This document shows, piece by piece, positions 18,546 through 29,660 of a stretch of DNA of 64,000 bases. Made by a program: the position numbers and the translations under genes. How positions within the stretch are numbered: the stretch's first letter is position 1; every line of letters starts with the position of its first letter. The DNA comes from Candidatus Marinacidobacterales bacterium. GTDB lineage: Bacteria > Acidobacteriota > Vicinamibacteria > Marinacidobacterales > SMYC01. The notes beneath the pieces were generated by a model. That model was not told the origin of the DNA. It saw nothing but the letters and a program-made list of their open reading frames with translations, and did not search any database. The DNA lies in assembly GCA_965224085.1 (NCBI GenBank), contig CBDCYI010000011.1, positions 128,001 through 192,000 on the forward strand, read 5' to 3'.

Positions 18546-20489
18546 TCAGCGCGAAGGCGTGGTAGATGGCTCCTTGTGCTCCATCCCACTCGGCTTCAGG
18601 TGGCGAGCGAAGAAGTTCATGATGCGTCGGTAGGAATCGAGCTGGTGGGCCGGATCGGCGAGACCGTGCGCCTCATTGGGATAGATTACTAGGTCGTACG
18701 GCTTGTTTTGACGCTCGAGCTCGTCGACAAAGCGGTACGTCATGCCGGGAGTCACATTACGGTCACGATCGCTGTGAATAATGAGGAGCGGCGCCTGCAG
18801 ATCCTTGACCGAGGTGATCGGCGAGACGCGGTCGTAAAGATCCGGGTTCTCTTCCTCGTTTCCCCCAATATGAAGCCTCCTGTTTCGGTTCAGGAACGGG
18901 CTCTGCCGGTCGGTCGGGCCCATGAGATCGATGCCGGCACGAAATAGTCCCGGTTCCTTGGTGAGCGCCAGCAGCGTCAAATAGCCGCCATGGCTCAACC
19001 CCATGGCTCCGACACGCTCCGCATCGACAAAGGGTTGCGACTTTAGGAAGGCGGCCATGGCCTTCACGTCGTCGAGGGTTTTCGTGCCCCAGGCGCCAAT
19101 GGCTCTCTCCCGGAAGGCGCGCCCGTAGCCGGCGCTGCCGCGCTGCTCGGCCATTAACATCGCATACCCGGACTGCACGAGGTAGTGGAAGAACGGGTTC
19201 CAGTGATCGTAGAACTGTCCATAGCTGTTGGTGTGCACGTTCACGATCGCTGGAAGTCTCTCGCCATCCTTTAGGCCCTTTGGCGTGAGCAGAAACCCAG
19301 CGAGCTTCAGTCCGTCGAGCGAGCTTATGGAGACACGCTTCACGTCTGCGAAGTGCTCTGGTCGAAAGGCGGCGTGGGAGGAATAGGTAAGCTGTCGTGC
19401 CGTGCTCGAGCCGGGTGCGCCTACGTAAAGATCGGGAGGCGACCAGGCGTTCTCGTAGGCATAGATGAGCTCCCCATTCGGTCCCCACCCGACTTCATGA
19501 TACTGGCCCGGACCGCTGCCGACGGTTTCAACTTCTCCAGACTCTGCATCTAAAACAACGAGCTCGAATCTGCCCTCGCGGTTGACCGAGGTCAGAATGC
19601 GGCGCCCGTCTCGAGACCACACCGGCCGAACCGCAAAGTGCGGAGACACGGAGTCATGAGGACCGGCGTCGAACTCCCGCAAATCCTTCCCATCTGGCCT
19701 CATCGTCCACACGTGGACATACCCGGACCGATCGGAAAGCAACGCCAAGCGCCGACCGTCCGGTGACCAGCGGGGGGCGAAGTTCGTGCTGGGATCGGTC
19801 GGTGTCAGGCGGGTTATAGAGCCGGTGTCCAAAGCGATAGTGTAGACACCGCGGGCGTAGAAATGATCACGCGCATCGGCGGCCGAGAATGCGATGGCAC
19901 GACCGTCCGGTGACCACTGCGGGTCGGTCTCTCTCACCTCGTTGTCCGTGAGTCGCACCAGCCCGTGGCGCTCACCCTCGACGGAAGTCGCCCACAAATC
20001 GCTCTGACCCCCGCGGTTGGATACGAACGCCAGCCGCTTACCATCGGGCGACCACGCGGGGTCGCGGTCGTTCGCGGGATTCATCGTCACGCGGCGCAAG
20101 AAGCCCGTCGCCGCCTCGACCACCCAGACGTCGCCGTCGGATTCAAAGGCGATCCAGTCCCCGGACGGCGAGAATCTCGGATTGGTCTTGGGCTTTACTC
20201 CAGAGGTCATCTTTCGGATCTCGCCGGTCCCGAGAGACACCATTTGGATATTGTTGCCTTCACCGAACCGCGGGATCAACGGGAACCCGAAATAGAACCC
20301 CGACAGCGTATAGGCTACCTTCGTACCGTCGGGTGAGATCGCGAATTGGCCGAGTGTCAGCGTCTCGGTCGCCTGTTCCAGCGTGAACTGCGGGACATGT
20401 CGAGCAGAGCGAAGAGGTTGCAAAGGCTCCGCCGACAAAAGCGTCGCACAGAGCCCGAGCGCCGCGGGCATCGTCTGGACCAGTTTCAT
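18546..20489 (-). CDS. S9 family serine peptidase with N-terminal PD40 propeller
   Basis: Signal peptide, WSPDG repeats, GLSHGG nucleophile, DRNV and EAHG triad residues. Confidence 0.9.
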   Translation of the reverse strand: MKLVQTMPAALGLCATLLSAEPLQPLRSARHVPQFTLEQATETLTLGQFAISPDGTKVAYTLSGFYFGFPLIPRFGEGNNIQMVSLGTGEIRKMTSGVKPKTNPRFSPSGDWIAFESDGDVWVVEAATGFLRRVTMNPANDRDPAWSPDGKRLAFVSNRGGQSDLWATSVEGERHGLVRLTDNEVRETDPQWSPDGRAIAFSAADARDHFYARGVYTIALDTGSITRLTPTDPSTNFAPRWSPDGRRLALLSDRSGYVHVWTMRPDGKDLREFDAGPHDSVSPHFAVRPVWSRDGRRILTSVNREGRFELVVLDAESGEVETVGSGPGQYHEVGWGPNGELIYAYENAWSPPDLYVGAPGSSTARQLTYSSHAAFRPEHFADVKRVSISSLDGLKLAGFLLTPKGLKDGERLPAIVNVHTNSYGQFYDHWNPFFHYLVQSGYAMLMAEQRGSAGYGRAFRERAIGAWGTKTLDDVKAMAAFLKSQPFVDAERVGAMGLSHGGYLTLLALTKEPGLFRAGIDLMGPTDRQSPFLNRNRRLHIGGNEEENPDLYDRVSPITSVKDLQAPLLIIHSDRDRNVTPGMTYRFVDELERQNKPYDLVIYPNEAHGLADPAHQLDSYRRIMNFFARHLKPSGMEHKEPSTTPSR

Positions 20490-20504
20490 TTTCTCCTCCT
20501 CGAT

Positions 20505-22223
20505 TCAGACCCCGGCGGCGAGGCCGAGTCTTCGCGGATCGGTGACACCGTGAAGCTTCCCGGTTTTCGAGTCGCGCCAGATGATCTGCATGGACCCCGT
20601 GTGCCAGTTGTACTCACCGAGATCTTTGATTTGAATTCCGTGTCGAGCCATTCCTTCGCGCACTTCTTCCGAAATTCGAGATTCGATCTGTACCACGGGC
20701 TCGTTGCCGCGAAAAGCCCAAAACCGAGGAGCGTCTACCGCACGTTGCGGGGGCATTTCGAAATCCAACAAGTTGACGAGCACTTCGGTCACCGGTTGGG
20801 GAGGGGAGCCAGGGGTGCCCATCGCCAGCCAAGGCTTGTCGTCTCGCGCGATCAGGATCCCGGTGATGGGCAGAACGACGCGTCGGCCGGGTCCGGAAGT
20901 GAATGCTCGAGCTTCGCTTCCGGTGGCCCGCACGCCGTCGATGTGAACGCCCAGCGCTCCCCCGTGCCCCGTGTGCAGCAACGAGATCCAATTACCCTCG
21001 GCGTCGACGATGACGTTGTGATTACTGCCCAGTTGTCGGGTCGGTGACTCCTCGCTTTGACGATGGAGAAGGGAGGCCACCTCCTGCGCCGGGGCCGAGA
21101 GCTCGACTCCCGGCACGATCATCGTGTTTCGCACCAGCTCGGCGGCCATCTTCCCGTAGTCTTTGGACAACCAGATATGGGCCGGGATGCGGAGGTTCAT
21201 AGGATCGAGAATGGCTCCTCGCGTCTCGCGGCGAACCCGGCCGAAAACGCGGGACATGGTTTCCAAGGTCTCGGCCGACTCCGTATAGTGTCCCGCGGCC
21301 TTCAGATCGAAGTTTTCTAGAATATTGAGGTTGTACCCTACCACCAGGCCTCCGGTGTCGGGTGGTGGCGAACCGATGATCTCGTGGCCCCGGTACACGA
21401 AGCGGACCGGTTCTTCCCAGCGAGCCTGGTAATCGCCCATGTCTTCTATTCTCACACGCCCGCCGAGCCGGTTGGCCTCCTTAACGAATTTCTGCCCCCA
21501 GGCTCCTGTGTAGAGATAATCGGCGCCCTGAGAGGCTACCTGCTGGAGCGTTTCGGCCATCGCCGGCATCTTCCAAAGGTGGCCGACGGGTACCAGAAAA
21601 CCGTTCGGCATGTAGAGCTCTCGGGCACCCTCGTAATCCGCCAGTGCCTCTTCTTCGAAGCGAGTGTAGTTGACCCCGTACATGAAGGAGGTGACGAGAG
21701 CACCCTGCTCCGCCGAGGCGATGGCTCGCTCGAGGTAGCTTGCCAAGGAACGGGAGCCAAAGCGCTTCCACAGCGCCTTGAGACCGCGCACCGTGCCCCC
21801 GACCGCAACTTTCGATGGATCGCCCCGCTCGCCGCGATGCGACAGCGGCCTTTCAGAAACCGCGCTGAGCGCGTAGTATTTCGCCGTGGCGGCGTCGTAA
21901 TAGAGGGCAGACATAGAGCCAAACACGGAGACCTGGTGAATGTCATTCACGTGCTGCAGGAACACCGCCGTGATCGTGGCATCGACGGCGTTGCCTCCAT
22001 CGCCCAACACCTGAAGCGCTCCCGCGGTGACGATCGGGAGTTGCGTGCTCACCATCACCTTGTCTCCTACCGCCTCCGACTTCGGTCCCTGGTTGAGCCG
22101 TGGATCGAGTGGGTCGGTCGGTAGGCTCTCGGCGGCCTCAGTCTGAGGGCGAGTGGCGGCACCCGATCCTGCCGCGAGGTTCAGGCAGATGACAAGAGCT
22201 GCCCCAAAGCAGACGCGTCGCAT
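20505..22223 (-). CDS. Gamma-glutamyltransferase (Ntn-hydrolase) family protein, atypical
   Basis: GGNAVDA, PPP..GG, GTPG, AVDAPRF, DPRR. The autoprocessing site reads GSNHNVIVD. Confidence 0.85.
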   Translation of the reverse strand: MRRVCFGAALVICLNLAAGSGAATRPQTEAAESLPTDPLDPRLNQGPKSEAVGDKVMVSTQLPIVTAGALQVLGDGGNAVDATITAVFLQHVNDIHQVSVFGSMSALYYDAATAKYYALSAVSERPLSHRGERGDPSKVAVGGTVRGLKALWKRFGSRSLASYLERAIASAEQGALVTSFMYGVNYTRFEEEALADYEGARELYMPNGFLVPVGHLWKMPAMAETLQQVASQGADYLYTGAWGQKFVKEANRLGGRVRIEDMGDYQARWEEPVRFVYRGHEIIGSPPPDTGGLVVGYNLNILENFDLKAAGHYTESAETLETMSRVFGRVRRETRGAILDPMNLRIPAHIWLSKDYGKMAAELVRNTMIVPGVELSAPAQEVASLLHRQSEESPTRQLGSNHNVIVDAEGNWISLLHTGHGGALGVHIDGVRATGSEARAFTSGPGRRVVLPITGILIARDDKPWLAMGTPGSPPQPVTEVLVNLLDFEMPPQRAVDAPRFWAFRGNEPVVQIESRISEEVREGMARHGIQIKDLGEYNWHTGSMQIIWRDSKTGKLHGVTDPRRLGLAAGV

Positions 22224-22989
22224 AGTCGCCTCCCTTCTAGTTCGCCATTTCGGCCCGCAGTATCAGGTAGTCGATCCGCGCGTGGAGGAGCCCACTGGAG
22301 GTTTTCGTCGCCTGTAGCCGCCGGCGGAAATCCGGAAGCCCAAGCCTCCATTGCTCCGCCCGTTGCGCAAAAGGAACTCATGGGTGAGAGCGACCAGCTC
22401 GCGTGAGTGCTGTTCATCCTGTGAGGGAAGGGAAGCAGCAACGGCCAAGCCGACACAAACCCCCAGGATGCATCTGGCCGTGGGCGGCACGAGGGAACGG
22501 GATATCGCATGCTCAAGGCGCGCCTCGAGATTTAGGTGCGGTATGATAACGAGCGAACGACTCGTGGGGCCAGTTAAAAATGCTACTATGCCATTGACTT
22601 AAAGGAAGAGGGGGCAGTTTCTGCGGCGCTTTCGAGCTAATAGCTTCATTAGTATTTTGGACTTTCCGAGGGTTTATCGATGAGTGGTCTTAACGAGTTT
22701 ACGCGCACGAGCCGTTCAGCCAAAAGGAGTTACACCACAGCTCAGTAACTGCTTGAGATGTAGTTGAGGTTTGTTTGGAGACTCAGCCCCAATCACCCCA
22801 CAACGCTTACAAGGATAGGAGGTTTTTCGTCCAAGTTCTTGGATCACATGAGGCCGGCGGGGGGTATGGGTGCGACAACGCGTCGGCGTATATGCACCGC
22901 TAGGCAGCCTAGCATCGTTTTTTATTGCGACGACAAATAGGAGGGCTTCGCCTTACGATGGGCGAGGTAAAACCGAAAGGGAGGACGAA

Positions 22990-25872
22990 ATGAAACGGTC
23001 CAAGATAAGCGCAGGAACGCGAGGGGGGATCATCCTGTCCGCCGTGTTCTTACTCGTGTTGTCGAGCACGTTGGCGTCAGGCCAACAACTCACTGGCGCC
23101 TTGGTGGGTAAAGTGACTGACCCCGGTGGTCTCGCCCTGCCGGGTGTGAGTGTCACTATAACCAGTCCCCAGCTCATCAGCCAACGAGAGACAACCACCA
23201 CGGACGAATCGGGCCAGTATCGAATCCCGAGGCTTCCGCCCGGGACATATAGGGTCTCATTCGAGCTTGATGGCTTTCAAACCTTGAATCGGCCGGACAT
23301 TATCGTCCGCGCGGGCCAGACATTGACTGTTCCCGCGCAGCTGGAGCTGGCAACGGTGCAAGAAAGCGTGACGGTCGTTGGTGAATCTCCTCTCATCGAT
23401 GTGAAGAACTCACAAATCCGGGAAACGTACGATCAGAATCTCATCATGAACGCACCGAATAGCCGGAACTACACCGACCTCTACCATCAGTTGCCGGGGG
23501 TGGAGGACGGCCAGTATCGAGAGCTCACGCCCGGCGCCACCTCGATCAATGGGGGCACGAACCGAGATAATCGGGTGAACCTCGATGGGGCTAACATCAA
23601 CGATGCCTTGGTGGTCAATACGTCTAGCGCCATCAGTCAGGAGATCATCGAAGAGGTTCAGGTCGTCACCGCTGGTATCGATGCCGAGTTCGGGGGAGTG
23701 ACGGCGGGTGTCATGAATATCATCACCAAGTCGGGCGGCAACGAATTCTCGGGAAGCGCGTATTTTTACTACAGTGACGATAGTCTTCAGTCGAACAACG
23801 TAACCTCGGAGTTCGAGGAGCTGGGCGTTGGTGGGGCCACGGCCCTCTTGGAAGACATCAACGGTGGCTTCACGGCTGGGGGACCGATCGTTAGAGACCG
23901 CCTGTGGTTTTTCGGCAGCTACGATCGGGCACAGGAACAGCGGACGATAATTAATTTCGACCCTTTGATTGACGGTACCCAGGACGTCTATTTCATCAAG
24001 CTATCGGGACAGGCAGCAAGTAACCACCGCCTGTCCGGATTCTATCAGTACCGCACCAGGAACGACTTCCCATTTATCCCCCAGTCGAGGCAGGTGCCTT
24101 GTCCTCCCGGTGTGGCATGCTCGGGTTTCGGCGTTCTTCGGACCCAGGATCACACGAACGACATCTTCTTCGCGGACTGGACCGGTGTCTTTTCCGATAA
24201 CACCATCGTTTCGGTGAGGGGCAACATTTCCAACCAGGGACGCAACCAGAATTTCCCGAACTTTCAAGAGGGCGACGTGGGCTATGAAGATTCGGGCAAT
24301 CGTCAGCGCTTCGGCCCCTGGTACCGCGCCGTGGTGCATCCTGGCAGCCGCAACACGCGAGAGATCAAGGGAGACGTCTCCTATTACGCGACCGATCTCG
24401 CAGGATCCCACGATTTCAAATTCGGGGCCGTGTACGATTTGCTTTACGCCGACGAAGTGCGGGCGTGGGAGAACGGAGCGCGCCTACACTTTCTATTCAA
24501 TGGCGAGCCCTTCCGCATCCGGCTCGGCAACAACCCGGTCTCGCTCAAGGCCAATGTCGGCACCACCTCGCTCTACGTGCAGGACAATTGGACCGTCGGT
24601 GACAGGCTGACTCTGAACTTGGGGCTTCGCTTCGAGAATCACGATGTTTGGATCCCCGCGGCCAGCTCTGGCGGCATCAACTTCGAGAAACAGGACTTTC
24701 CCCGCGAGGACCTCGTGAACGTCAACACCTTTTCTCCTCGCTTCGGACTCGCCTATGACCTCATGGGCGATCACAAAACGGTCTTGAAGGCAACGTTCGG
24801 CAAGTACTACAACCAGCTTTACGCTAGCCCATTCAACAGCCTTGCCAAGTTCGCGCAAGGTGACAAAACGTTCGATTGGAATGATCTCAATGGAGATTTT
24901 GTCTACCAGCCCGGCGAGGAGGGTAGCTTGGTCCGTGATACGACCCAGACTTCATCGTCGTCGGTCGATCCCGACTTGAAGGTACCGCACTGGCTTACTT
25001 TTAGCGCCGGTGTCGAGCGAGAGCTGGGCAGAGAATTCAGGCTGAAGGTCATGTACGTCTATAGACATGGCTATAACGATATCGAAAGGATCGATCCTTC
25101 TCGACCTTTCGACGAGGCGTACAACCCGGTGACCCTCCCCAATCCGCTCAATAATAATGAGCCGATCACGATCTATGCGCTCGATCCGGCTTTTAGGTCC
25201 GTTCCCAGCGAGAGGTTCATCACCAACCCCAACTCATCCTATTGCAGCTTTTGTCCGGATATCGTGCAGAAATACAACGGACTACAATTTACCCTCGAGA
25301 AGCGCATGAAAGATCGCTGGCAGTTGTACAGTACCTACGTCTTCTCGAAGGCCGAGGGAAACAAGGGAACGCACCACCGGACATCGCAGTCGAGCCTCTT
25401 CGGCAACCCCAACAACCTCGTCAATGCATCTGGCGCGACCACCCTAAACCGAGAGCACTCTTTCAAATCCTCCGGTAGCTATCTGGCACCCTTCGACATC
25501 TGGCTGAGCGCGCAATGGACGCTTCAGTCTGGAATTCCACTACAAAGAGACCGCGGCGTTCTAGGACCACTGGTCCGGTTCGGCAGAGGCGACTCACCGC
25601 TGATCGTCGTCGAAGGGAGAATTGACGTTAAGGGCTTGCCCCCCGGTGAGGAGACGCTCGATGCCAGGAATCTCGTCGACGTGCGGGTGGAAAAGCGGGT
25701 TCAGTTAGGCGAGGTGGGGTTCCTCGGACTGATCCTTGACGTCAGGAACATATTCAACGATAGCTCGATCGTGTTCATGGACGACGTGCGTCTGGGCTCT
25801 TCTGATTACCTGGTTCCGGGCAGCCTGGTGCTTCCGCGCACCCTTCGCCTCGCCGCCAGGTTCGTGTTCTAG
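22990..25872 (+). CDS. TonB-dependent receptor with N-terminal carboxypeptidase regulatory-like domain
   Basis: GKVTDPGGLALPGVSVT, ITKSGGNEFSGS, GGPIVRDRLWFF, LNLGLRFE, C-terminal ARFVF. ATG follows a GGAGG RBS. Confidence 0.92.
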   Translation: MKRSKISAGTRGGIILSAVFLLVLSSTLASGQQLTGALVGKVTDPGGLALPGVSVTITSPQLISQRETTTTDESGQYRIPRLPPGTYRVSFELDGFQTLNRPDIIVRAGQTLTVPAQLELATVQESVTVVGESPLIDVKNSQIRETYDQNLIMNAPNSRNYTDLYHQLPGVEDGQYRELTPGATSINGGTNRDNRVNLDGANINDALVVNTSSAISQEIIEEVQVVTAGIDAEFGGVTAGVMNIITKSGGNEFSGSAYFYYSDDSLQSNNVTSEFEELGVGGATALLEDINGGFTAGGPIVRDRLWFFGSYDRAQEQRTIINFDPLIDGTQDVYFIKLSGQAASNHRLSGFYQYRTRNDFPFIPQSRQVPCPPGVACSGFGVLRTQDHTNDIFFADWTGVFSDNTIVSVRGNISNQGRNQNFPNFQEGDVGYEDSGNRQRFGPWYRAVVHPGSRNTREIKGDVSYYATDLAGSHDFKFGAVYDLLYADEVRAWENGARLHFLFNGEPFRIRLGNNPVSLKANVGTTSLYVQDNWTVGDRLTLNLGLRFENHDVWIPAASSGGINFEKQDFPREDLVNVNTFSPRFGLAYDLMGDHKTVLKATFGKYYNQLYASPFNSLAKFAQGDKTFDWNDLNGDFVYQPGEEGSLVRDTTQTSSSSVDPDLKVPHWLTFSAGVERELGREFRLKVMYVYRHGYNDIERIDPSRPFDEAYNPVTLPNPLNNNEPITIYALDPAFRSVPSERFITNPNSSYCSFCPDIVQKYNGLQFTLEKRMKDRWQLYSTYVFSKAEGNKGTHHRTSQSSLFGNPNNLVNASGATTLNREHSFKSSGSYLAPFDIWLSAQWTLQSGIPLQRDRGVLGPLVRFGRGDSPLIVVEGRIDVKGLPPGEETLDARNLVDVRVEKRVQLGEVGFLGLILDVRNIFNDSSIVFMDDVRLGSSDYLVPGSLVLPRTLRLAARFVF

Positions 25873-25879
25873 TGGGCAA

Positions 25880-25910
25880 CCCCGATGCCCCGGGTTCCGG
25901 GGCATCGGGG
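25880..25910. terminator. Perfect 14-bp stem-loop between convergent genes
   Basis: CCCCGATGCCCCGG-GTT-CCGGGGCATCGGGG; no clear U-tract. Confidence 0.5.
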
Positions 25911-25971
25911 CATCGCGGTGTCGCCACCCAGCCCGAGTCGGCTGCCGAGCCAGCCAGCCGAATCTCGCCGA

Positions 25972-26790
25972 TCAGGTGTCCGGACGCCACCGGTACGTCT
26001 CTAGCGTCTCTTCGTTCAGCTCGATGCCTAGTCCCGGGCCTTCAGGGACGCGGGCATGGCCGTCCTGCGGGCGGATCGGGTCCGGCAGCAATTGCGTGCG
26101 CAACGGGTTGTCCATGACGTTGACCTCTTGATTGGGCGCGTTCGGCTGCGTCGCCAGAAAATGCAGCGTGGCGCTCACTAGGATGCCGGTGGCCCAGCAA
26201 TGAGGGATGACCTGCACGTTTCTCCTCTCGGCCAACGCGCGCGATATCGGGCTGAATGATCCTCAGCTTTCCGCGTTCCATGAGATCGCGGAAGCCGAAA
26301 CGAGTTGTCTCCTTTTCTCCGGTCGCAATGGGCGCCGGCGACGCCGCCACCAGGGCGGCGAACCCGTCCAGATCGTCTGGCGAGAGGGGCTCTTCTAAGA
26401 AGAAGACGTCGTCTTCCGCCAACGCATTCCCCAGCCAAACCGCAACGTCGAACAGTACTGGGGATCCCATATCCACCATGATGTCGATTTCAGGACCCAG
26501 GGCGCGCCGGACATCATGGAACTATCGAGCGTCCTCCTTCGCGTTCTGTCCCAGGCTTCCCCAACCGAACTTCAAGGTTTGGTATCCTTGGTCGACACGA
26601 GACTTGGCGTTGTCGATGATCTTGCTCTTGCTCCCCGGGGTGAGATCGCTGGCATAAACGGGAACCCGGTCGCGAACCGCGCCTCCCAGGAGTTGGTGCA
26701 CCGGCAAACCGGCGAGTTTGCCGAGGATGTCCCAGAGGGCAATATCGATGCCGCTGATGGCGTTGATGACGGCGCCTCGTCGGCCGAATT
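25972..26790 (-). pseudogene. Decayed paralog of the 9592-10722 enolase-family gene
   Basis: Near-identical peptides (GEKETTRFGFRDLMERGKLRIIQPDIARVG; IPHCWAT). TGG>TAG stop at ~26523, frameshifting deletion at ~26235, 5' truncated. Confidence 0.9.
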
Positions 26791-26879
26791 CAGTGCTTTC
26801 AATGATGGTTGAGTATTGAACTACGGCAAAAGCGCGCCGACCGCCGTCACCTCGCGCAGATTCGGATGAAGCTCGCGGC

Positions 26880-27066
26880 CTAGCCCATGTTTCCCTTTTA
26901 GGTCTCTAAGTCATCATAAACAAAGGACTGAGATCCGCGGTTTGTCTCTACGCTGACAGCACCTCCTCGGAGAAGGCTGGCGGGTCGCGTTCAACGATTC
27001 CGAGTGCAGTCAGGATCGAGTTGGCGCGAGCGGTGCCGCGCGTGACGACGCGCTTGGTCCGCCCAG
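26880..27066 (-). mobile_element. 187-bp right-end remnant of the IS1634 element
   Basis: Reverse complement of ~37116-37302 (transposase tail plus right IR). Confidence 0.92.
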
Positions 27067-28841
27067 GAGCGCGACGTGAAACCGTCGCTCATCCGCGGAC
27101 GTGTCGACGAGCCGCGTCATCATCTGGATGTTGGCTACGGGAATTCCAGGGAGGATCTCGGAGACCGCGCGCTGAATGGGTCGTGCCAGCCCTTCGCTGC
27201 CGCGTTCCGCGCGGACCGTCAAGCTCATCCAATTCCGCCACCAATCTTGCTCCTGGCGAAACGGGACGTAGACTGCGGCGACTTCCTCCGTGTCGAGGCC
27301 GAAGGGATGGATGTCGCCGGCGACGCCGACGATCGTGATCCATCGCAGCTCGTCTCGCCGCGCCCAGCGGAAACGCCGGCCGATGGGCGAAGCGCCCGCC
27401 ATGAGCTCGCGGACGAACGTTTCGTTCACCACGGCAACGGGAAGCGTGCCTTCTCGGTCGCCGTCATCGAGCCCCCGCCCCTCTAGAAGATCGATCTCCA
27501 TGACGCGAAAATAGTTGGGGCTGACCCCTCGATAGAAGATCTCGGGCTCGGTGCCTGGCTCGACGTCGTGACCCTCGAGAGCGAGGTTGTGAGGGACGCT
27601 TCCGCCCCCGAACGGGAGGTCGGTCGTGGCCGCGACGCCCAGAACTCCCGGCAACCCGGCGAGGCGATCGAGCACGGCGTCGAAGAAGACGGTGCGCTTT
27701 GCAATGTCGCGAAACTCGGGCAGCGGCAAGTCGAAGTCCATGGTTAGCAGGCTTTCCTGCGCGAAGCCGGGGTCGACGCTTGAGAGGCGCGCGAAGCTCT
27801 TCAGAAGAAGGCCGGAACCCACGAGCAGCACGACGGCGAGCGCCACTTCAACAATGATGAGAAGGCCGCGCGCACGATATTGCGACGTTGGAACCTCTTT
27901 AATGGCCCCGGCGGGGCGCGAGCGGCGCGCTTGCAAGGCGGGCGCGAGGCCGAAAAGAAGGCTCGACGCGATCGAAAGGGCGAAGGCAAAGCCGAGCACG
28001 ATCGGATCGAGCGCGACTTCGCTCAGACGAGGAACGTTCTCCGGGCCGAGGGTGACGATGAGCCGCAAGAGGAAGCTCGCGACCAAGAGCCCCGCCGCGC
28101 CGCCTATCAAGCCGAAGAGCATCGACTCGACGAGAAGCTGCCGCACGAGGCGTCCGACGCTCGCGCCGAGCGCCGTGCGAAGCGCCATCTCGCGCTTACG
28201 TTTGGCGGTGCGTGCGAGAAGAAGTCCCGCGACGTTGGCGCAGACGATGAACAGAACGAGCGCCACCGCGCCCAAAAGCAACATGAGCGCCGGCCGCGCC
28301 CCCGATGCGAGCTCGGTGTGCCATGGTGCCAACACGAAGCGACGGTCGATGTTCTCTTCGGGATAGAGCGCCGCGAGCCTCGCCGCGATCAGGTCCATGT
28401 CCGCCTGCGCTTCGTCGAGGGTGACGCCCTGGCGCAGCCGGCCAATCGAGATCAGAAAATGCACGCCGCGCGCGGCGGCCGTCTCCGGAGACACGACGCG
28501 GTGGGGAAGCCAGTATTCGGCTTTGATGAGTGGCAGGCGAAAACCTTCCGGCATGATACCGATCACCGTCGTCGGCGTTCCGCTCATCGAGAACGTCGAG
28601 CCGAGGACATCTGGGTCCGCCGCGAAGCGGCGTTTCCAGAACTCGTGGCTCAGCACGGCAACGGCGGCGCCGCCTGGGACGTTGTCCTCCTCGGTAATGA
28701 GGCGCCCCGCGGCGGGCGCCACACCCATCATGGGCAGAAGGCTGCCGGTGACGATGGCACCCCGAATCCGCTCGGGCGCATCTCCCATCAACACGTCCGA
28801 CGCCCAGCCGTTATAGCCGCCAAACGTCTCGACCGTTTGGT

Positions 28842-29428
28842 GTCTCACTCGGGGATGGTTGAAACCCCTCGCCTTCAGGCGAAGCCTTTAGGAGGCTTGC
28901 GGTACGATCCCCGGATGAAAGGATATCGGAAATCATCGCACACGACGTATCAATTAAACTACCATTTCGTATTCATCCCGAAGTACCGCAAGCCGGTATT
29001 GAGAGGAGATGTAGCACTTCGCCTGCGGGAGTTGATAAGAGAGATCTGTGCGACGCACCACATAGAAATACTGAAGGGCCATGTACGGCCAGAGCACGTT
29101 CATCTGTTGCTGAGCGTGCCGCCACGGCTGTCGCCGAGCCGAGTAATGCAGGCGATCAAGGGGAAGACATCGCACAAGCTGATGCGTGATTTTCGAGCGA
29201 TCCGCAAGAAGTTTTGGGGTCGGCACCTGTGGGCGCGCGGCTATTTTGTAGCGACGAGCGGAAACGTGACCGATGAGGTTGTGGCCAAGTACATCGAGCT
29301 GCAAGGAGAGCTGCCGGAAGACGACGAGTCGTTCAGGGTAAGCGAGTAATCCTCCGCCGTGCGCCTTTAGGCGACTTTAGTCGCCCGCGAACCCATCGCC
29401 TTTAGGCGATGGAGCGCACCCGCTCAGT
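28842..29428 (+). mobile_element. IS200/IS605-family element, tnpA only (587 bp), copy 1
   Basis: Subterminal CGCCTTCAGGCG / CGCCTTTAGGCG hairpins. Inserted 3' of TTGGT, ends TCAGT; second copy at 39410. Confidence 0.92.
28915..29349 (+). CDS. tnpA: IS200-family Y1 HUH transposase
   Basis: YHFVFIPKYRK, HVH, KGKTS, LWARGYF, catalytic YIE.Q; 144 aa. Confidence 0.95.
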   Translation: MKGYRKSSHTTYQLNYHFVFIPKYRKPVLRGDVALRLRELIREICATHHIEILKGHVRPEHVHLLLSVPPRLSPSRVMQAIKGKTSHKLMRDFRAIRKKFWGRHLWARGYFVATSGNVTDEVVAKYIELQGELPEDDESFRVSE

Positions 29429-29660
29429 TCTGTTCGATCCAGTCCTCCATGTCGGGAAAAGACTGGCGGTTGACGACCCGCACGAGGCTCGACGGGTCGC
29501 GGTAAGGGAGCGGCTTCAACATCACCGTGTGGACAACGCTCACGATCGCCGTCGTCGCGCCGATCCCGACCGCAATGGTGAGAACGAGCACGGCGGCGAA
29601 GCCGGGCTCACGCACGAAGCTCCGAAGGGCGACGCGGATATCTCGCAGCATGGCCTTTCC

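Larger units (their letters stand above)
27067..29651 (-). pseudogene. Tandem MacB/FtsX-type ABC permease (ADOP-like), interrupted by IS200 and 3'-truncated by the IS remnant
   Basis: MLRDIRVALRSFVREPGFAAV..., CANVAGLLLAR, REMALRTALGAS. The frame is restored on removing 28842-29428. Confidence 0.9.

Noticed and set aside
7580-26530. Amber recoding (pyrrolysine or alternative code)
   Set aside because: TAG terminates many intact genes here, and two of the three TAG-containing remnants have other lesions.
27880-29349. 489-aa ORF looking like a long TnpA fusion
   Set aside because: The N-terminal part is the antisense of the permease running into the IS; the real tnpA starts at 28915.
28842-29428. 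Possible IStron or TnpB/omega-RNA system
   Set aside because: No tnpB and no group I core; the non-coding ends are only ~70-80 bp.
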